Below are positions 1-13,290 of a stretch of 64,000 bases of DNA, one piece after another; positions within the stretch are counted from its first letter, which is position 1, and each line of letters opens with the position of its first letter. The notes beneath the pieces are model-generated. The model saw nothing but the letters and a program-made list of their open reading frames with translations, had not been told where the DNA came from and ran no database searches. Source of the DNA: Octopus vulgaris. Lineage: Eukaryota. Both the position numbers and the translations under genes were made by a program. The DNA is taken from positions 100,254,001 through 100,318,000 of the forward strand of contig OX597821.1 of NCBI GenBank assembly GCA_951406725.2, given 5' to 3'.

Positions 1-99
1 ATGGATTGGCTACATCCGAAAATACCATCGTTAAACATAACACTAAATCAATTACTTTGGAAAAAAAGGAAAGAATTCAATATTTCTTATAAGCGCTCT

Positions 100-236
100 C
101 CTCATAGCAGAGGATTATCAGAATCGTTAGAGCGTCGAACAAAATGCCAACAGTGTTCAATTACAGCTCGTTTCAATTTGAGTTCAAAATACTATCCATG
201 CGATCTTTGCCCTTCATCCTTCAAGGTGAGCTGATC
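100..236 (+). mobile_element. Degenerate partial tRNA-derived SINE (family B, Nin/Deu-domain-like)
   Basis: cagaatcgttagagcg...tgagttcaaa...ctttgcccttcatccttc matches the family B copy at 19716-19950. Confidence 0.6.
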
Positions 237-1004
237 CTTCATCCTGTCAAGTGATGTGTAGATTTAGTATTGCTATAAATTATCTGAGATGCGAATGCAA
301 TTATTATAGAGAACTAAGAGATCATAATGAACAAGAAAACCTTGAACATTGTACAATAAATCACAAGCTTTGTAGAATTAAGCATAAGCATTGTTACCTT
401 ACATTGAACTCTATGGATCAGGATGATTCGTAAGGAAAACGTCATCTCTCATTAGCAACAACGACAGGACGAAAAACCAGCTTCATTAAATTTTGCATGT
501 GCTAAAACCAAAAGATTGCCTAATGACTGGGGAAATTAATGGCCCCAAAACTTCCCCTAATTTAATATGCGCATATGCATCTATGCCACTCTATGCTTCT
601 CCTAAAATATAAATTACATTTTGTAAAGATCTGAAAGAACTGCTTAAAACAGGTACATTATCGAAATCCTTTTTGCATAACGGGAGATTTTAAAAACAAA
701 ATTGGGTTATTTCGGTGTCAGAAAAATAGATAAAATGTTGATGGTTATTGAGTTACATATATAGATATTATGCACTCACTATCCAGATGCAACCTATTCT
801 GTGAAACCTTGAATTACCAATCGCTAGTTATTCTGATTTCGAAGTATCTTATTCATACATTATGTCTGATTTCAAAACTTTGGATCTCTTCCAACACGCT
901 CAGCCGTTCAGGGAACCACAATTAAACGCAAATTTAGAAGATGTAGCAATCATTCAAGTTGCATTAGAAAAATATAAAAAAACTTCACTACACACACTGC
1001 TTCA

Positions 1005-1187
1005 ATAAATACACACACACACACACGCACACATATATATATATATGTATGTAACTATACATGCATATACAGACATATGTATGTGTGTATGCATGTGTAT
1101 ATATAGACATATGTAATGTATATATGCATGTTTATATATATATACATACAAACATACGTCCATACATACATAAATATATACATACAT

Positions 1188-1273
<86 letters not shown>

Positions 1274-1670
1274 TTATTTATAAATATGTATGTATGTATC
1301 TATACATGCATATACAGACAGATATGTATGTGTGTGTATGCATGAGTATATATAGACATATATATAATGCATGTATGCATTATATGTATGTTTATATATA
1401 TACATACATACATACATACATACATACATACATACATACATACATACGACTATATATGTATGTTTATGTGCGACTGTGTGTATAAACGCTTTCGCTGAAA
1501 CATATATGTGTACATACATGGATACATAAATACATACGTGTGTACATTTATATATAGAAGCGTACACATACAAACACGCATATACACACGCGCACTCACA
1601 CATACAAACGCACAGACACTCGCACACACACTCACAGCCACATACGCATCCCTTCCCTCCACCCCACACA
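1005..1670. repeat. Compound microsatellite block (CA)n/(TA)n/(TACA)n
   Basis: Visible directly; source of the spurious YI/HT/CV ORFs. Confidence 0.95.
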
Positions 1671-1784
1671 CATTCAAGTATTATCGCTGAAAGTCATTGG
1701 TCCAAGCCATTATGAAATACATATTCATCACATTCAAGATATACGTAACATAACGAATGGTTTGAGGGAAATCGAAACATATAA

Positions 1785-1845
1785 ATGGCGGTGCCCCAGC
1801 ATGGCCACAGCTCATAAGCTGAAACTGGAATCAATCAATCAATCA
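1785..1845 (+). mobile_element. Solo 3' tail of CR1-group LINE/SINE with (ATCA)n end
   Basis: ggcggtgccccagcatggccacagctcataagctgaaact matches the LINE 3' end at about 18897-18937. Confidence 0.7.
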
Positions 1846-2208
1846 TATAAAGAAACCAATGGGAAGAAGGAATAGGTTACGGACTGATTCCTTCTTCCCT
1901 CAGTTATGTCACGTTATATGAATGAAGATGGTCGATTCATAAGATGATCAGTGCGTCGAACAAAATAACTTGCGTTATTAGTTGTGGAGCCTCACGTTCT
2001 AAACTTAATAACGTAAATGTCAACTTTGCTCTTCGTGCTTTTGGCCATCGGAGAAATAAAGTACTAATCAAGTACAGTAATCGATTAAAGAAACTATCGA
2101 TCTGTGACAACATGCAATGATCTAACGTACTGCTATTAGAGACCAAATCGTCATCCAATCCCTCATCAGGCGAGGTAACAAATCCGTTGATGTATACCTT
2201 TGTCACAT

Positions 2209-2855
<647 letters not shown>

Positions 2856-3827
2856 CATAATGAAAGCATTGAGGTGACAGAATTACGAGGATAAAACAAA
2901 AGTTTTCCATTAAGATTTGTGATTATTATAATGAATAAGGTAAATATTTATATTGAATTTGTCATTTTCGATGGGTGCGTAGCAGACACAGAGCACACGC
3001 GGAATATACGCAGCTGCTCATTACATCATCATATTAACCAGTATCATTAATTTGGTAGCATTTGAAACTACAGAAAATATCTTGCTCTCAGTAAGTAGGT
3101 AAACCATGAAACAAATACCTTAAACTTTGCAGTGGAAACTGCTAACATTGCATTTTAATATGCAATAATTATAGCGACACAGCGAGTACATATATTCAGT
3201 TTATTTAGCACATGCATTTATGCTTTGCCTTTAGGGAATTCAGAATAGAAAACAAAACAGGAAAATATTTATCCCTCGAGTAGTTATACAACTGATTCAG
3301 CAAAGTTCCTCAGTGCTCGTGCTCCATTTCTCCCGTGATTCGACTTGGAATATGCCACGGAATGTGAATAGAAAAGAATAAACGTGATAATTATTCCGTA
3401 TGGTTATTGTGTTTTAGAAAATAATAGACGCTGATAATATTGATTTCTTTTTTACATAGATATAAATACCGATGGGATCTAGATCGAGAATGTAATCGTG
3501 GAGTACATGTATCTACATCGTAAGATATTTTCTTATGCTGTCAATCTACTGCTATTTCGTTGTTATATTTATAAACAAATATCGCTTATTAAACATTAAA
3601 TATCGATTTGGAACATAGCGTGGCAAGTGGTTGGGAGATTTACAGTCGATCAGATCGATCGCCAGCCACATGTACTTGAGTAGTATATATTATATTGAAA
3701 AATCTATATCTATTAAATGGGTGACTTGCCATTTTGACACAACATTGATGAAGATAAACAGAATCGCGCACACAAGCATACATACACACAGGCATACACG
3801 TATTCAAATATATGGTTGTATATGCAT

Positions 3828-3895
<68 letters not shown>

Positions 3896-3914
3896 CCACA
3901 TAGACACTCCTACG

Positions 3915-3990
<76 letters not shown>

Positions 3991-4004
3991 CATATATATA
4001 TATA

Positions 4005-4462
4005 TAGACGTAGGAGTGTCTATGTGGCTATGTGGTAAGTAGCTTGCTTACGAACCACATGGTTCCTGGTTCAGTCCCACTACGTTGAACCTTCGGAAAG
4101 TATTTTCTACTATAGCCTCGGGCCGACCAAAACCTTGTCAGTGGATTTGGTAGACAGAAACTGAAAGAAGCCTGTCGTATATATGTATATATATATGTGT
4201 GTGTGTATGTGTTTGTGTGTGTGTGTGAGTGTATGTGTGTGTGTTTATGTGTTTGTGTTTCTGTGTTTTTCCTCCCAACATCGCTTGACAACCGATGCTG
4301 ATGTGTTTACGTCCCCGTAACTTAGCGGTTCGGCAAAAAAGTCCGATAGAATAAGTACTAGGCTTACAAAGAATAAGTCCTGGGGTCGATTTGCTCGAGT
4401 AAAGGCGGTGCTCCATCATGACCACAGTCAAATGACTGAAACAAGTAAATGAGTAAAAGAGA
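4005..4462 (+). mobile_element. Full-length SINE family A
   Basis: tRNA-like head, internal (TA)/(TG) tract, tail ggcggtgctcca..atg.cc.cagtcaaatgactgaaac followed by gagtaaaa-type repeats. Confidence 0.9.
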
Positions 4463-4549
4463 GTATATATATATTTTTCTCTTTTTTCTCTCTCCTTTTT
4501 TCTATCCATTATTTCTCTCCTTTGTTCTCTCCTTGTTTCTCTCCTTGTT

Positions 4550-4585
4550 TTTTCTGTAGAAGAGCGTAGGCTCGAAATGTAAAAG
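4550..4585 (+). ncRNA. Minimal type-I hammerhead-like motif, A6U variant (copy 1)
   Basis: TTTT CTGTAGA A GAGC-gtag-GCTC GAA ATGT A AAAG, within a short repeat ending in (TA)n at 4676. Confidence 0.55.
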
Positions 4586-4672
4586 ACTTTTTCTATTCCT
4601 GAGCGTTATACTAATACATCTGTTTGTTTTGTACACCACCTGTCTTCGTCTTTTGTTTTTTTCGTAAACTCT

Positions 4673-4740
<68 letters not shown>

Positions 4741-4829
4741 GTATATGGAGTAACGGTTATAATATACAGACTTATATAGATGTGCACGTGTGTAGGTATG
4801 TACGTTTTTTATTCTGTTATACATTTTAT

Positions 4830-4935
4830 CCTAAAGGCTGTGACCATACTGTAGCACCGCTAGTATCAGCAGTGACCATTGCTTGGCATTTGGTGAAGGA
4901 GGGAGTTTGATATTGCTGTGTTCGTTTGAGTTTCT
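4830..4935 (-). mobile_element. 3' end fragment of CR1-group LINE
   Basis: Reverse complement aactccctccttcaccaaatgcca...gcggtgctacagtatggtcacagcc matches 18830-18930. Confidence 0.6.
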
Positions 4936-5753
4936 TGCCATTACGTTAGTTTATTTGTGATCTTGAACACAAGGTCAAGGTGCCTCTTGAATATACATGC
5001 AAGATATTAAAAATAAATGTGGGTTTTTGAATCACAATTTATTACAGTACTTGATCCTTACTCTAGATAGGATGGGTGGGACTATTGGAACTGTGCAGAG
5101 GATCCTGTTCGGGGGGGCTGTTATAATTCTCGGTCGCAAAGTTTGGTGCAGCCCTCTATGTATGTATTTATGTATGTATGTATGTATGTATGTATGTATG
5201 TATGTATGTATACATATATCCAAATTTAAAGTTATTACATGCATGCTTGTACGTATATACATATATACATTTACACACACACATGCATGTATGTATATAT
5301 CTATGTATATAAAACCTTTGTGCTATTGTGCAACCCGAGTTGTTCAGTCGGTTCTGTGTCACTCTTGCCATCGTAATTGTAGTGAAGCATAATCAATTTG
5401 AACCTGTTGGATGATTAACCTCAAATCAACGATGATATTTTCCCCAAAATAAACAACGAAATGAATAAAAAAGTAAATAAAAAAACAGAAAATAAATACA
5501 TACCTCTTTTTTAAGGGCTGGTCGAATAATCCTAAAATGAAATAAAGAAAATACTGATGAGTTTAAATCGGAAACAGAAAAGAAATCGTAATATATATAT
5601 ATATATATATATAAGCAAAATAATTGAGATTCAGATGAATTGGGTACTTAGGTTGAAGCATCAAAACTTAGTGCAGTATTATCCGTACAACTTAAAAATA
5701 TGGTGAATAAAATCATAATAAGCAACAGGATATCTAGAGGATACACACACACA

Positions 5754-5823
<70 letters not shown>

Positions 5824-5851
5824 TACATATAACTTAATATAGACAGTATTT

Positions 5852-6030
5852 AAAGCGGCTAGCTGGCAGGACAATTACCGCACCATAAAATAATGCTTAG
5901 CGGCATTTCTTCCGATTTTGCGCCCTGAGTGACCTTGCCTTTCATCCTTTCGGATGATAAAAGAAGTATCACTTGTAATTGATTAGTCCGCCCACCCTTA
6001 ATTGCTGGCCTCGAGCCAAAATTTGAAACC
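5852..6030 (+). mobile_element. Degenerate SINE family B
   Basis: agctggcag...aatgcttagcggcattt...gcctttcatcctttcgg. Confidence 0.7.
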
Positions 6031-6244
6031 AGCTTACGCAGTATTTAAACAAGAGCCACTAATAGTTTCATGCCGTGGGAACAGGATAATTCGGCAGATT
6101 TGTATAATTTAACTTCCACGGCTTGAAACTAATAGTAGTGCTTACTTCAATACTGTACATATTAAATATTTATATCTTTTTTGTTAATCATAACTACAAT
6201 GGAGCAGTAAAGTATGTGTGTAGGCGTGTGTGTGCATGTGTGTG

Positions 6245-6612
6245 TATATCAAGTAACTCTTAAATTTAAAATTTTATATACCAGTGTAAAATTACTTCAG
6301 GTAATGATGTATTTTTATATGGGCAGTTCATCTCAGTTATCTAAAAGAATTTCTAATATTTACGCTACATTTGGGGATAGGAATAAATGTTACAGTACAG
6401 GGCTTAGTACATTAATTTGGTATCTAAAAGATCACAATAAACAATTTAATTTAGATTGGTTGATTCTCTCAAATTCGATACCTTATGATAAAGGCAAGGA
6501 ATTCTGTCTTCTCTGTAATTCTGAACTATTTTTTATTCTTTTTTCTAAAAACCCCCTTGTCAACACGGTTATAGAGCGTGCATGCCGATGTTTGGCAGAA
6601 ACACATCTTTAG
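6245..6612 (+). pseudogene. GIY-YIG endonuclease C-terminal fragment of a Penelope-like retroelement
   Basis: VYQ..YMGSS...KRISN...F...STGLS..IW.LKD....LDW.IL....PY....CLLC..E..FI.....LVN....C; 5'-truncated at a (TG) tract; the putative 3' UTR runs to (TA)n at about 7165. Confidence 0.8.
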
Positions 6613-7222
6613 TTCATATAAGTGATATCTATCAATATATATATTTTAAACATTAATTTTCTTCTTACATTTCACATCCACTAGATATATCTTTTTCCAA
6701 GACTTTAGGGTTTTATTTAATTTACATATCGTTATATATATTTGGTCTTTCTTTCCTTTACCCCTCCTCTTTCTATAGGCTACCTTTGACGTTATATCCT
6801 CTAACGTGTTTTTAAAAAAACTTAATAGCGTTCAGTTAAGCACTATACATATCCATCATATTCTGTCAAAATGTCTTATTGATGAGTTTCAAGAGAAGAT
6901 TATATTGTTTTACACCACTTTATTCCTTTAGAATAATACCAGCGACATCTTCGGCGCAGGTGTCGGAAGTAAAAGAATTTGAAAAACACCTGCGTTTAAC
7001 TCTATTTATTTATATATATTATACAAAATATTTCACGTAAACTCGGAGTTTCTACCTTTAGAAACAAGGAGTTACATAAGTTTTACTTGTGTGATTTTTG
7101 CTACCCTGGTAACTATGTATCTATTTTTTCCCTGTTAATTTTTAACAAGGGGAAAAATACATCTATATATATATATATATAAGAAAAAAGGTTTGAAAAT
7201 GCAATTTAAACGATGTTTATTT

Positions 7223-7263
7223 ACTTAACCGGTTTCACTCTTTGGTAAAAGATTGTCAAAAGT
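7223..7263 (-). ncRNA. Minimal hammerhead-like motif, U3-A8 variant (left arm)
   Basis: Reverse complement ACTT TTGACAA TCTTT-tacc-AAAGA GT GAA ACCGGT T AAGT. Confidence 0.55.
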
Positions 7264-7276
7264 TACATTTAAGGAA

Positions 7277-7505
7277 ACATTGAATAATATGGGTTCAAAA
7301 AAGTTTTTTACATAATTGTCACATTGAATATTATGCATTCAAAAAAGTTTTTTACATAATTGTCACATTGGATATTATGGGTTCAAAAAAAGTTTTTTAC
7401 ATAATTATCACATTGAATATTATGCATTCAAAAAAGTTTTTTACATAATTGTCACATTGGATATTATGAATTCAAAAATGTTTTTTTATACATAATTGTC
7501 ACATT
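7277..7505 (+). repeat. Minisatellite, 5 x about 44 bp (mirrored at 8406-8634)
   Basis: Unit acattgaatattatgcattcaaaaaagttttttacataattgtc with alternating ggg/gca variants. Confidence 0.9.
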
Positions 7506-8645
7506 ATTTGGGAAAATTTGGCAGAAAAGGATAAAACAAATATATTATTGGGAATTGGTTGCGTTAATTATTGGTTGTCGCAAATTGTCACATTACATGT
7601 ATATATATACAATCTTTGGTATATATATACAGCGTTTTGACAGCAAAAATTAAAATGGATTTTTTGTACATCTCAGAATATTTTAAGTATGTTTTTATCT
7701 GACCTGTCAGTATTAGCAGAAAGGCTGAACTGAGAGAACAGAAGAAGTAGCCAATGTGGTGTATACTTCCCCTTTATGCATGAATGATTTTGGGGTTATC
7801 AGGAGGTTAGTATGCGGGTGTGAATAGATGTGTCCGTGCCTGCTGGTCAGACAGCGTCTGTTTGTCACACACATATATATACACACAAACACACACACAC
7901 ACAACAACACACACACACACACACACACATGTGTTCTGTGTGTGTGTGTGTTGTTTGTATGTGGTGTGTGTCTGTATACTATGTGTGTGTGTGTGTGTGT
8001 GTGTTGTTGTGTGTGTGTGTGTTTGTGTGTATATATATGTGTGTGACAAACAGACGCTGTCTGACCAGCAGGCACGGACACATCTATTCACACCCGCATA
8101 CTAACCTCCTGATAACCCCAAAATCATTCATGCATAAAGGGGAAGTATACACCACATTGGCTACTTCTTCTGTTCTCTCAGTTCAGCCTTTCTGCTAATA
8201 CTGACAGGTCAGTAAAAACATACTTAAAATATTCTGAGATGTACAAAAAATCCATTTTAATTTTTGCTGTCAAAACGCTGTATATATATACCAAAGATTG
8301 TATATATATACATGTAATGTGACAATTTGCGACAACCAATAATTAACGCAACCAATTCCCAATAATATATTTGTTTTATCCTTTTCTGCCAAATTTTCCC
8401 AAATAATGTGACAATTATGTATAAAAAAACATTTTTGAATTCATAATATCCAATGTGACAATTATGTAAAAAACTTTTTTGAATGCATAATATTCAATGT
8501 GACAATTATGTAAAAAACTTTTTTGAACCCATAATATCCAATGTGACAATTATGTAAAAAACTTTTTTGAATGCATAATATTCAATGTGACAATTATGTA
8601 AAAAACTTTTTTGAACCCATATTATTCAATGTTTCCTTAAATGTA

Positions 8646-8686
8646 ACTTTTGACAATCTTTTACCAAAGAGTGAAACCGGTTAAGT
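8646..8686 (+). ncRNA. Minimal hammerhead-like motif, U3-A8 variant (right arm)
   Basis: ACTT TTGACAA TCTTT-tacc-AAAGA GT GAA ACCGGT T AAGT; palindromic stem III ACCGGT. Confidence 0.55.
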
Positions 8687-8763
8687 AAATAAACATCGTT
8701 TAAATTGCATTTTCAAACCTTTTTTCTTATATAATCCCACTCGTGCGATACCCCACAACTCAA

Positions 8764-8872
<109 letters not shown>

Positions 8873-9427
8873 ATGTGTGTGTGTGTGTGTGTGTATACAT
8901 ACACACACACACCCGGCATTGCAGTGTAAAATTACTGAATAGTAGTATAATAGACATGTAATTTCAGCTGAGAAAGAAAAAGAAGATCGGTATCACTGAG
9001 ATTAAGGAATTTATAATCACCATGGGAATTAAAGCGGTAATAGCATGAAAAAGTAGAGATGTTTTCACAAGAAACAGTAATGTATTGATATTTTTAAATG
9101 GCGGAGATGGACAACAATGTTGATGTGGATAAATTATTAGCGGATATTTGTAACAAAAAAATATGATGACAAAACAGACCACTTCATAAAGTAACCAGGC
9201 AGACATCATAGAGTCATTGCTATGTAGAGTGTGTATCGAAAACTGTGAAAATATAACAGATTTTGTAAGGACAGTGATAAGAGCAGTGACAATGACGTCG
9301 TGAAAACAGGCAGTTAGACATAAATTAAACTAGTTCTATATTTAAGAGATGAGGAATTAAATGCATTATTTACATTATTTTTATTATTTACATTCGACGG
9401 GTATTTGTCCTCATCTTTTTTGTTGTC

Positions 9428-9473
9428 AACACAACGTTTCGGCTGATATACCCTCCAGCCTTCTTCAGGTGTC
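9428..9473 (-). ncRNA. Minimal type-I hammerhead ribozyme
   Basis: Reverse complement GACAC CTGAAGA A GGCTG-gagggtatat-CAGCC GAA ACGT T GTGTT. Confidence 0.75.
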
Positions 9474-9556
9474 TTGGGGCATATGGCGTAGTGGTTAAGA
9501 TCGCGGATTACTAACTCCAAGATTCCGAGTTCGATCCCAAGCAGTGACCTGGACAA

Positions 9557-9633
<77 letters not shown>

Positions 9634-9716
9634 ATAATAATAATAATAATAATAATAATGATAATAACATCGAAAAATACCTTAGGAATGAGAACCCAGG
9701 TTCGAAATTTCCCCAA

Positions 9717-9762
9717 GACACCTGAAAATGGTTGGAGGGTATATCAGCCGAAACATTGTGTT
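9717..9762 (+). ncRNA. Mutated hammerhead copy (G8A; ACGT changed to ACAT)
   Basis: GACAC CTGAAAA T GGTTG...CAGCC GAA ACAT T GTGTT. Confidence 0.55.
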
Positions 9763-10379
9763 AACAACAAACAAGATGAGGACAAATATCCGTCGAATGT
9801 AAATAATGTATAATTTAAACTACTTTGACAAAAATTACTTTGCCATTTCTGTGTAGGTCGTGTGGCGAAAACGGTGAAAATGCAAACCATTTAAAATGTA
9901 AAACATTTCAATTTAAAATAGTAAATTAGATTACAAAGAGTATGAGCAGGGCAATCTTTAAGGCATGGGCACCATAAATAGTTGTCCAGGGACCTCACAG
10001 GTCTTGGGACCCAATTCTGATCCGTGTATGTTGAGGCTTGTCAACAAAAATTTGTATAAATCCCAGTGCATTGATTCATTCGAGGACCTATAAAGCTGCT
10101 AAGACGTTCTGAATAATTAAGCTGCTGTAGACAGCCTGCTCGTTATCAGAGATGCACATATCGTCAGTCACTAAAGGATACGCTCAACTGGTTACGGTCA
10201 AACAACTGGCAAGCAAATCTGTGGTACTGAGCAAAACGATATCGAGAAAACAGATCATGTCATAAACCATCTCGACAGAAATCACTGAATCTTCGCTATG
10301 TGACAAAAATGGGGAAAATGTAGCGCATTTGGTAACTGAAGGTAGGAAACTAGCTGGCTACGAATATAAGATTATTCAT

Positions 10380-10790
10380 ACTGGTTTCAAATGTTAACGC
10401 AAGGTCAGAACTTTGAGGACTGGGGAGTAAATCGCTTACATTGACTCAGATTGATCACTTGTGCTTGTTTTACCGGCCTGGAAAGTATGGAAAACAAAGT
10501 CGACCTCAGCGAGATTTGAACTCAGAACGTAAGGATCTGGAAAAAATGCGTTAACGATTCTGCCTGCTCACAAACTTACATAAATTCATTTTTAAATTTA
10601 ACACAAGGCTAGCAATTTTTCTGATGGAAGTGGGTAAGTCTATTACATCGAACCCTGTGTTTGATTAGTACTTAATGTTATTGACCCCCGAAAGGATGAA
10701 ACTCAAGGTGATCCCTTTACTCAGAATGTGAGGATTCGAAAGAAATGCTTTTAAGCATTTCTCCAGATACGCTAACGATTCGGTCAATTC
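10380..10790 (-). mobile_element. Two degenerate SINE family B copies
   Basis: aaagtcgacctc.gc.gatttgaactcagaacg and gacccccgaaaggatgaaa motifs. Confidence 0.7.
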
Positions 10791-10937
10791 GTTCTCTTTA
10801 TTAAAGCAATCCAATGTTGTCGTAGGAACCGTTCGGAAGGAAGAAATTATATGAAAATTATAAATTAGATTGGACACGAGTATCGTATGAACTATGAAAA
10901 GTAGCTTCCTATGTTTAAAGGAATTTGAACGAATCTA

Positions 10938-11068
10938 AATAATCTGGGACTCTGCCATGTAATTTGATCACAAGATAAAGAGCTGGAAATTTTATATGAT
11001 GGTGAAGACAATTATCCAGAAGCTGTGTGAAATAATAGATATTGCAATACCTGGAGAAACTAAGATTT
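10938..11068 (+). pseudogene. Dong/R4 LINE restriction-like endonuclease fragment
   Basis: Translates to IIWDS...DHKI...KLCEIIDIAIPGE, resembling the ILWD...C.IID.A.P motif. Confidence 0.55.
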
Positions 11069-11589
11069 TATTAAGTGTTTGCCAATATGTAACCACTAAG
11101 AAAGATGTTTATAATACTGATAGAGATGGGGTAGGAAAGCATTGTTATGAATAGACAAAGTAAACGATTGATTGAAATAGGAATCAATCCTTCAACAAAG
11201 TGCTTTTTATAGATGGTGGTCTTACAGGAAGCTGTATAGACCTTTGTAGGGACAGAGAGCGAAATAGAATTGCTACTCAATGGAAGATAGCTGTTTCTAA
11301 GCATATCCATCCTTTTGTCTTCTGTGGAGAAATTCTTTTCTTTTTTGTCAGAGTCAAACGCGTGAGAAGAGCATCCATCTTATTGCACATAATTGCTTTA
11401 TTATCATTCTTTATTAATATTGCAGCAACTATGACATCATTTCATTCTCCTTATAAAAATTTAGATCTAGATCCGAAGTCTAACAGCATTTAGGACTCCA
11501 AATCTTCCATATGTTGTTTTTGTTTTTAATAAGTAATAACTATAAAAGATATTATCATAGTTGTTATATTTTATCATCATTCACTTCGG

Positions 11590-11800
11590 TGGGAGCTGGC
11601 AGAATCGTTAGCACCCCGAACAAAATGCTTAGCGGAATTTCATCCGTCCTTATGTTCTGATTTCAAATTCCATCATGGCCGACTTTGTCTTTCATCCTTT
11701 CGGGGTCGATAAATTAAGTAACAGTGAAACTCTTGGATCGATGTAATCGACTAGTCCTTTCCCACAAAATTTCAGGCCTTGTACCTATAGTAGAAAGGAT
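11590..11800 (+). mobile_element. SINE family B
   Basis: gagctggcagaatcgttagc...tttcatcctttcggggtcgataaattaagta. Confidence 0.85.
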
Positions 11801-11814
11801 TAATATTATTATTA

Positions 11815-12190
11815 TGGAGTGAGAGAGCAATACATGCCATTAAAGCGACACCCAGGTACAAATATACGAAGTCCTTATAGACACACCATGCCTATCCATT
11901 TGATAAGGGTACACCTGGCGCATGCATCACAATCATATGTGTGCGCGACATGGAGGTCTCATATCAAGGTAAACAGTACATGACGTTGCATTTGAGGCCC
12001 AGTTAGAATTTTCATCTGTTCGAGTAGCCATCTCGTTCAAAAGGTCTCTGAATAAGGGTTGCTTAAGACTGATGAACGAAGCACCCATATTTGCAAGTGT
12101 GGATTAGTCAAACCTCAAAGAATCCCTTTCAGCACATAGCAATGATACCGCTAACTACTTCTGCTCGTGATCAGAGATAGTACATATCGT
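11815..12190 (-). mobile_element. Non-coding (AAT)n-tailed retroposon (Dong-associated 3' region); other copies at 10136-10235, 23090-23644, 27040-27230 and 33700-33890
   Basis: Shared gatgcatgtgcctggtgtacccttatcagacggg...ctctcactc core; complete 3' ends terminate in (AAT)n. Confidence 0.7.
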
Positions 12191-12499
12191 TGTTGTTGTT
12201 GTTTTCTTCTTCTTCCAGTCAGGACTCACGCCATTAGCCACAAAGAATAATCTCTAATTCGAGCCTACTCTAAGCTACTAAGAATGCGCATGGCAACTTG
12301 AAGATCCACCCACTACACGCGATAGACTGGCGGTTGCACGGGCGCGAAAGCTACGTTGTTATCCTCATAAACGGTGGCTTTTAACGGGTAGAGAACTGAA
12401 CCATTCTGGGAGTACAGAGGATTCGCAATCTAGAGTAGGGTCTGAAAGTTTACCACACCATAGAGGGTTACATCATGGTTCCTCTGCTTTGTGGCAGAA

Positions 12500-12687
12500 G
12501 TAGGAAGAAAGAGTGAGAGAAAGTTGTGGTGAAAGAGTACAGCGGGGTTCACCCACCGCCGCCGGAGAATCGTAGAGCTTAGGTGCTTTTGCTCAATAAA
12601 CACTCACAATGCCCGGTATGAGAATCGAAACCGCGTTCTTGCGACCGCGAGTCCGCTGCCCTAACCACTGGGCCATTGCGCCTCCAC
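12500..12687 (-). mobile_element. tRNA-derived SINE family D (OR-like), 5' half
   Basis: Reverse complement gtggaggcgcaatggcccagtggttagggcagcggactcgcggtc matches 38264. Confidence 0.85.
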
Positions 12688-13127
12688 TGTTGATGTTGTT
12701 GCTGTTAAGGCAGTGAGCTGACAGAATTATTAGCTCACCGATATTTTGTCCCACTTCACGTTCTGATTTCAAATTCTGCCGAGGCCGACTTTACCTTTCA
12801 TCTCCTTTCGAATCGTTTGAACATCTGACAAAATACTATGTGATATTTATTCCGGTCCTTTCGGTTCTGATTTCAAATTCTGCTCAGTTCAACTTAGCAT
12901 TTTATCCTAGCGGGCCTGATAAAAATGCTTTTATCAACCAAATACCAGCAAGTATATTATATAAGATATTTAAGCGATAAACCCTTTACTCCTGATTTCA
13001 GGTCTGCCCATTCTAACGACTACAGTACTTCTTATTTAAAACAAACATGATTCACCAGAACCACCGACTATAATCTTATCTATTTCAATTCATCAGTCAT
13101 CGAAGTAATCAAGCTTAGTGTTTTCAT

Positions 13128-13290
13128 ATGCGTGGCCTAGTGGTTAGGCTGTTGCACTCACGATCGCAAGATCGTGGTTTCGATTTTCCGATCGGTTTTC
13201 TTTTTGTGCGTTTTGTTTTTAGTAAAACTCTTCACCTTATGTTGCTCCAGTCCACTCAGCTACAAAAGGGTATCCCTAAGATGGATTGGT
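13128..13290 (+). mobile_element. tRNA/CORE-like SINE family C, partial
   Basis: gcgtggcctagtggttagg...ggtttcgat...ttgctccagtccactcagct. Confidence 0.7.

Larger units (their letters stand above)
9333..9814 (+). mobile_element. tRNA-headed SINE with HHR-containing tail plus an inverted copy of the tail at its 5' end
   Basis: A-box TGGCGTAGTGG and B-box AGTTCGATCCC in 9478-9550; (CTA)n(ATA)n; tail 9711-9814; inverted tail 9333-9479; TTAAACTA direct repeats on both flanks. Confidence 0.8.

Noticed and set aside
5554-5580. CTGATGA...GAAAC hammerhead-like string
   Set aside because: No valid stem II closure, stem III or stem I
6885-7080. Possible HHR in the PLE 3' UTR (TTGATGAG...GAAAC..GTT)
   Set aside because: I could not form consistent stems I and II
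7277-7505. CRISPR-like array
   Set aside because: Contiguous tandem units with no unique spacers, in a eukaryotic context
7713-8198. Mirror-image ORFs on both strands
   Set aside because: A consequence of the palindrome and the (CA)n tract
9478-9550. Functional tRNA gene
   Set aside because: Acceptor and anticodon stems do not pair properly; it is a SINE head
9947-10110. hAT-like MITE (caggg...ctg)
   Set aside because: TIRs are too degenerate and there is no TSD
11200-11493. 97-aa non-repetitive ORF
   Set aside because: No recognisable motif or supporting exon structure
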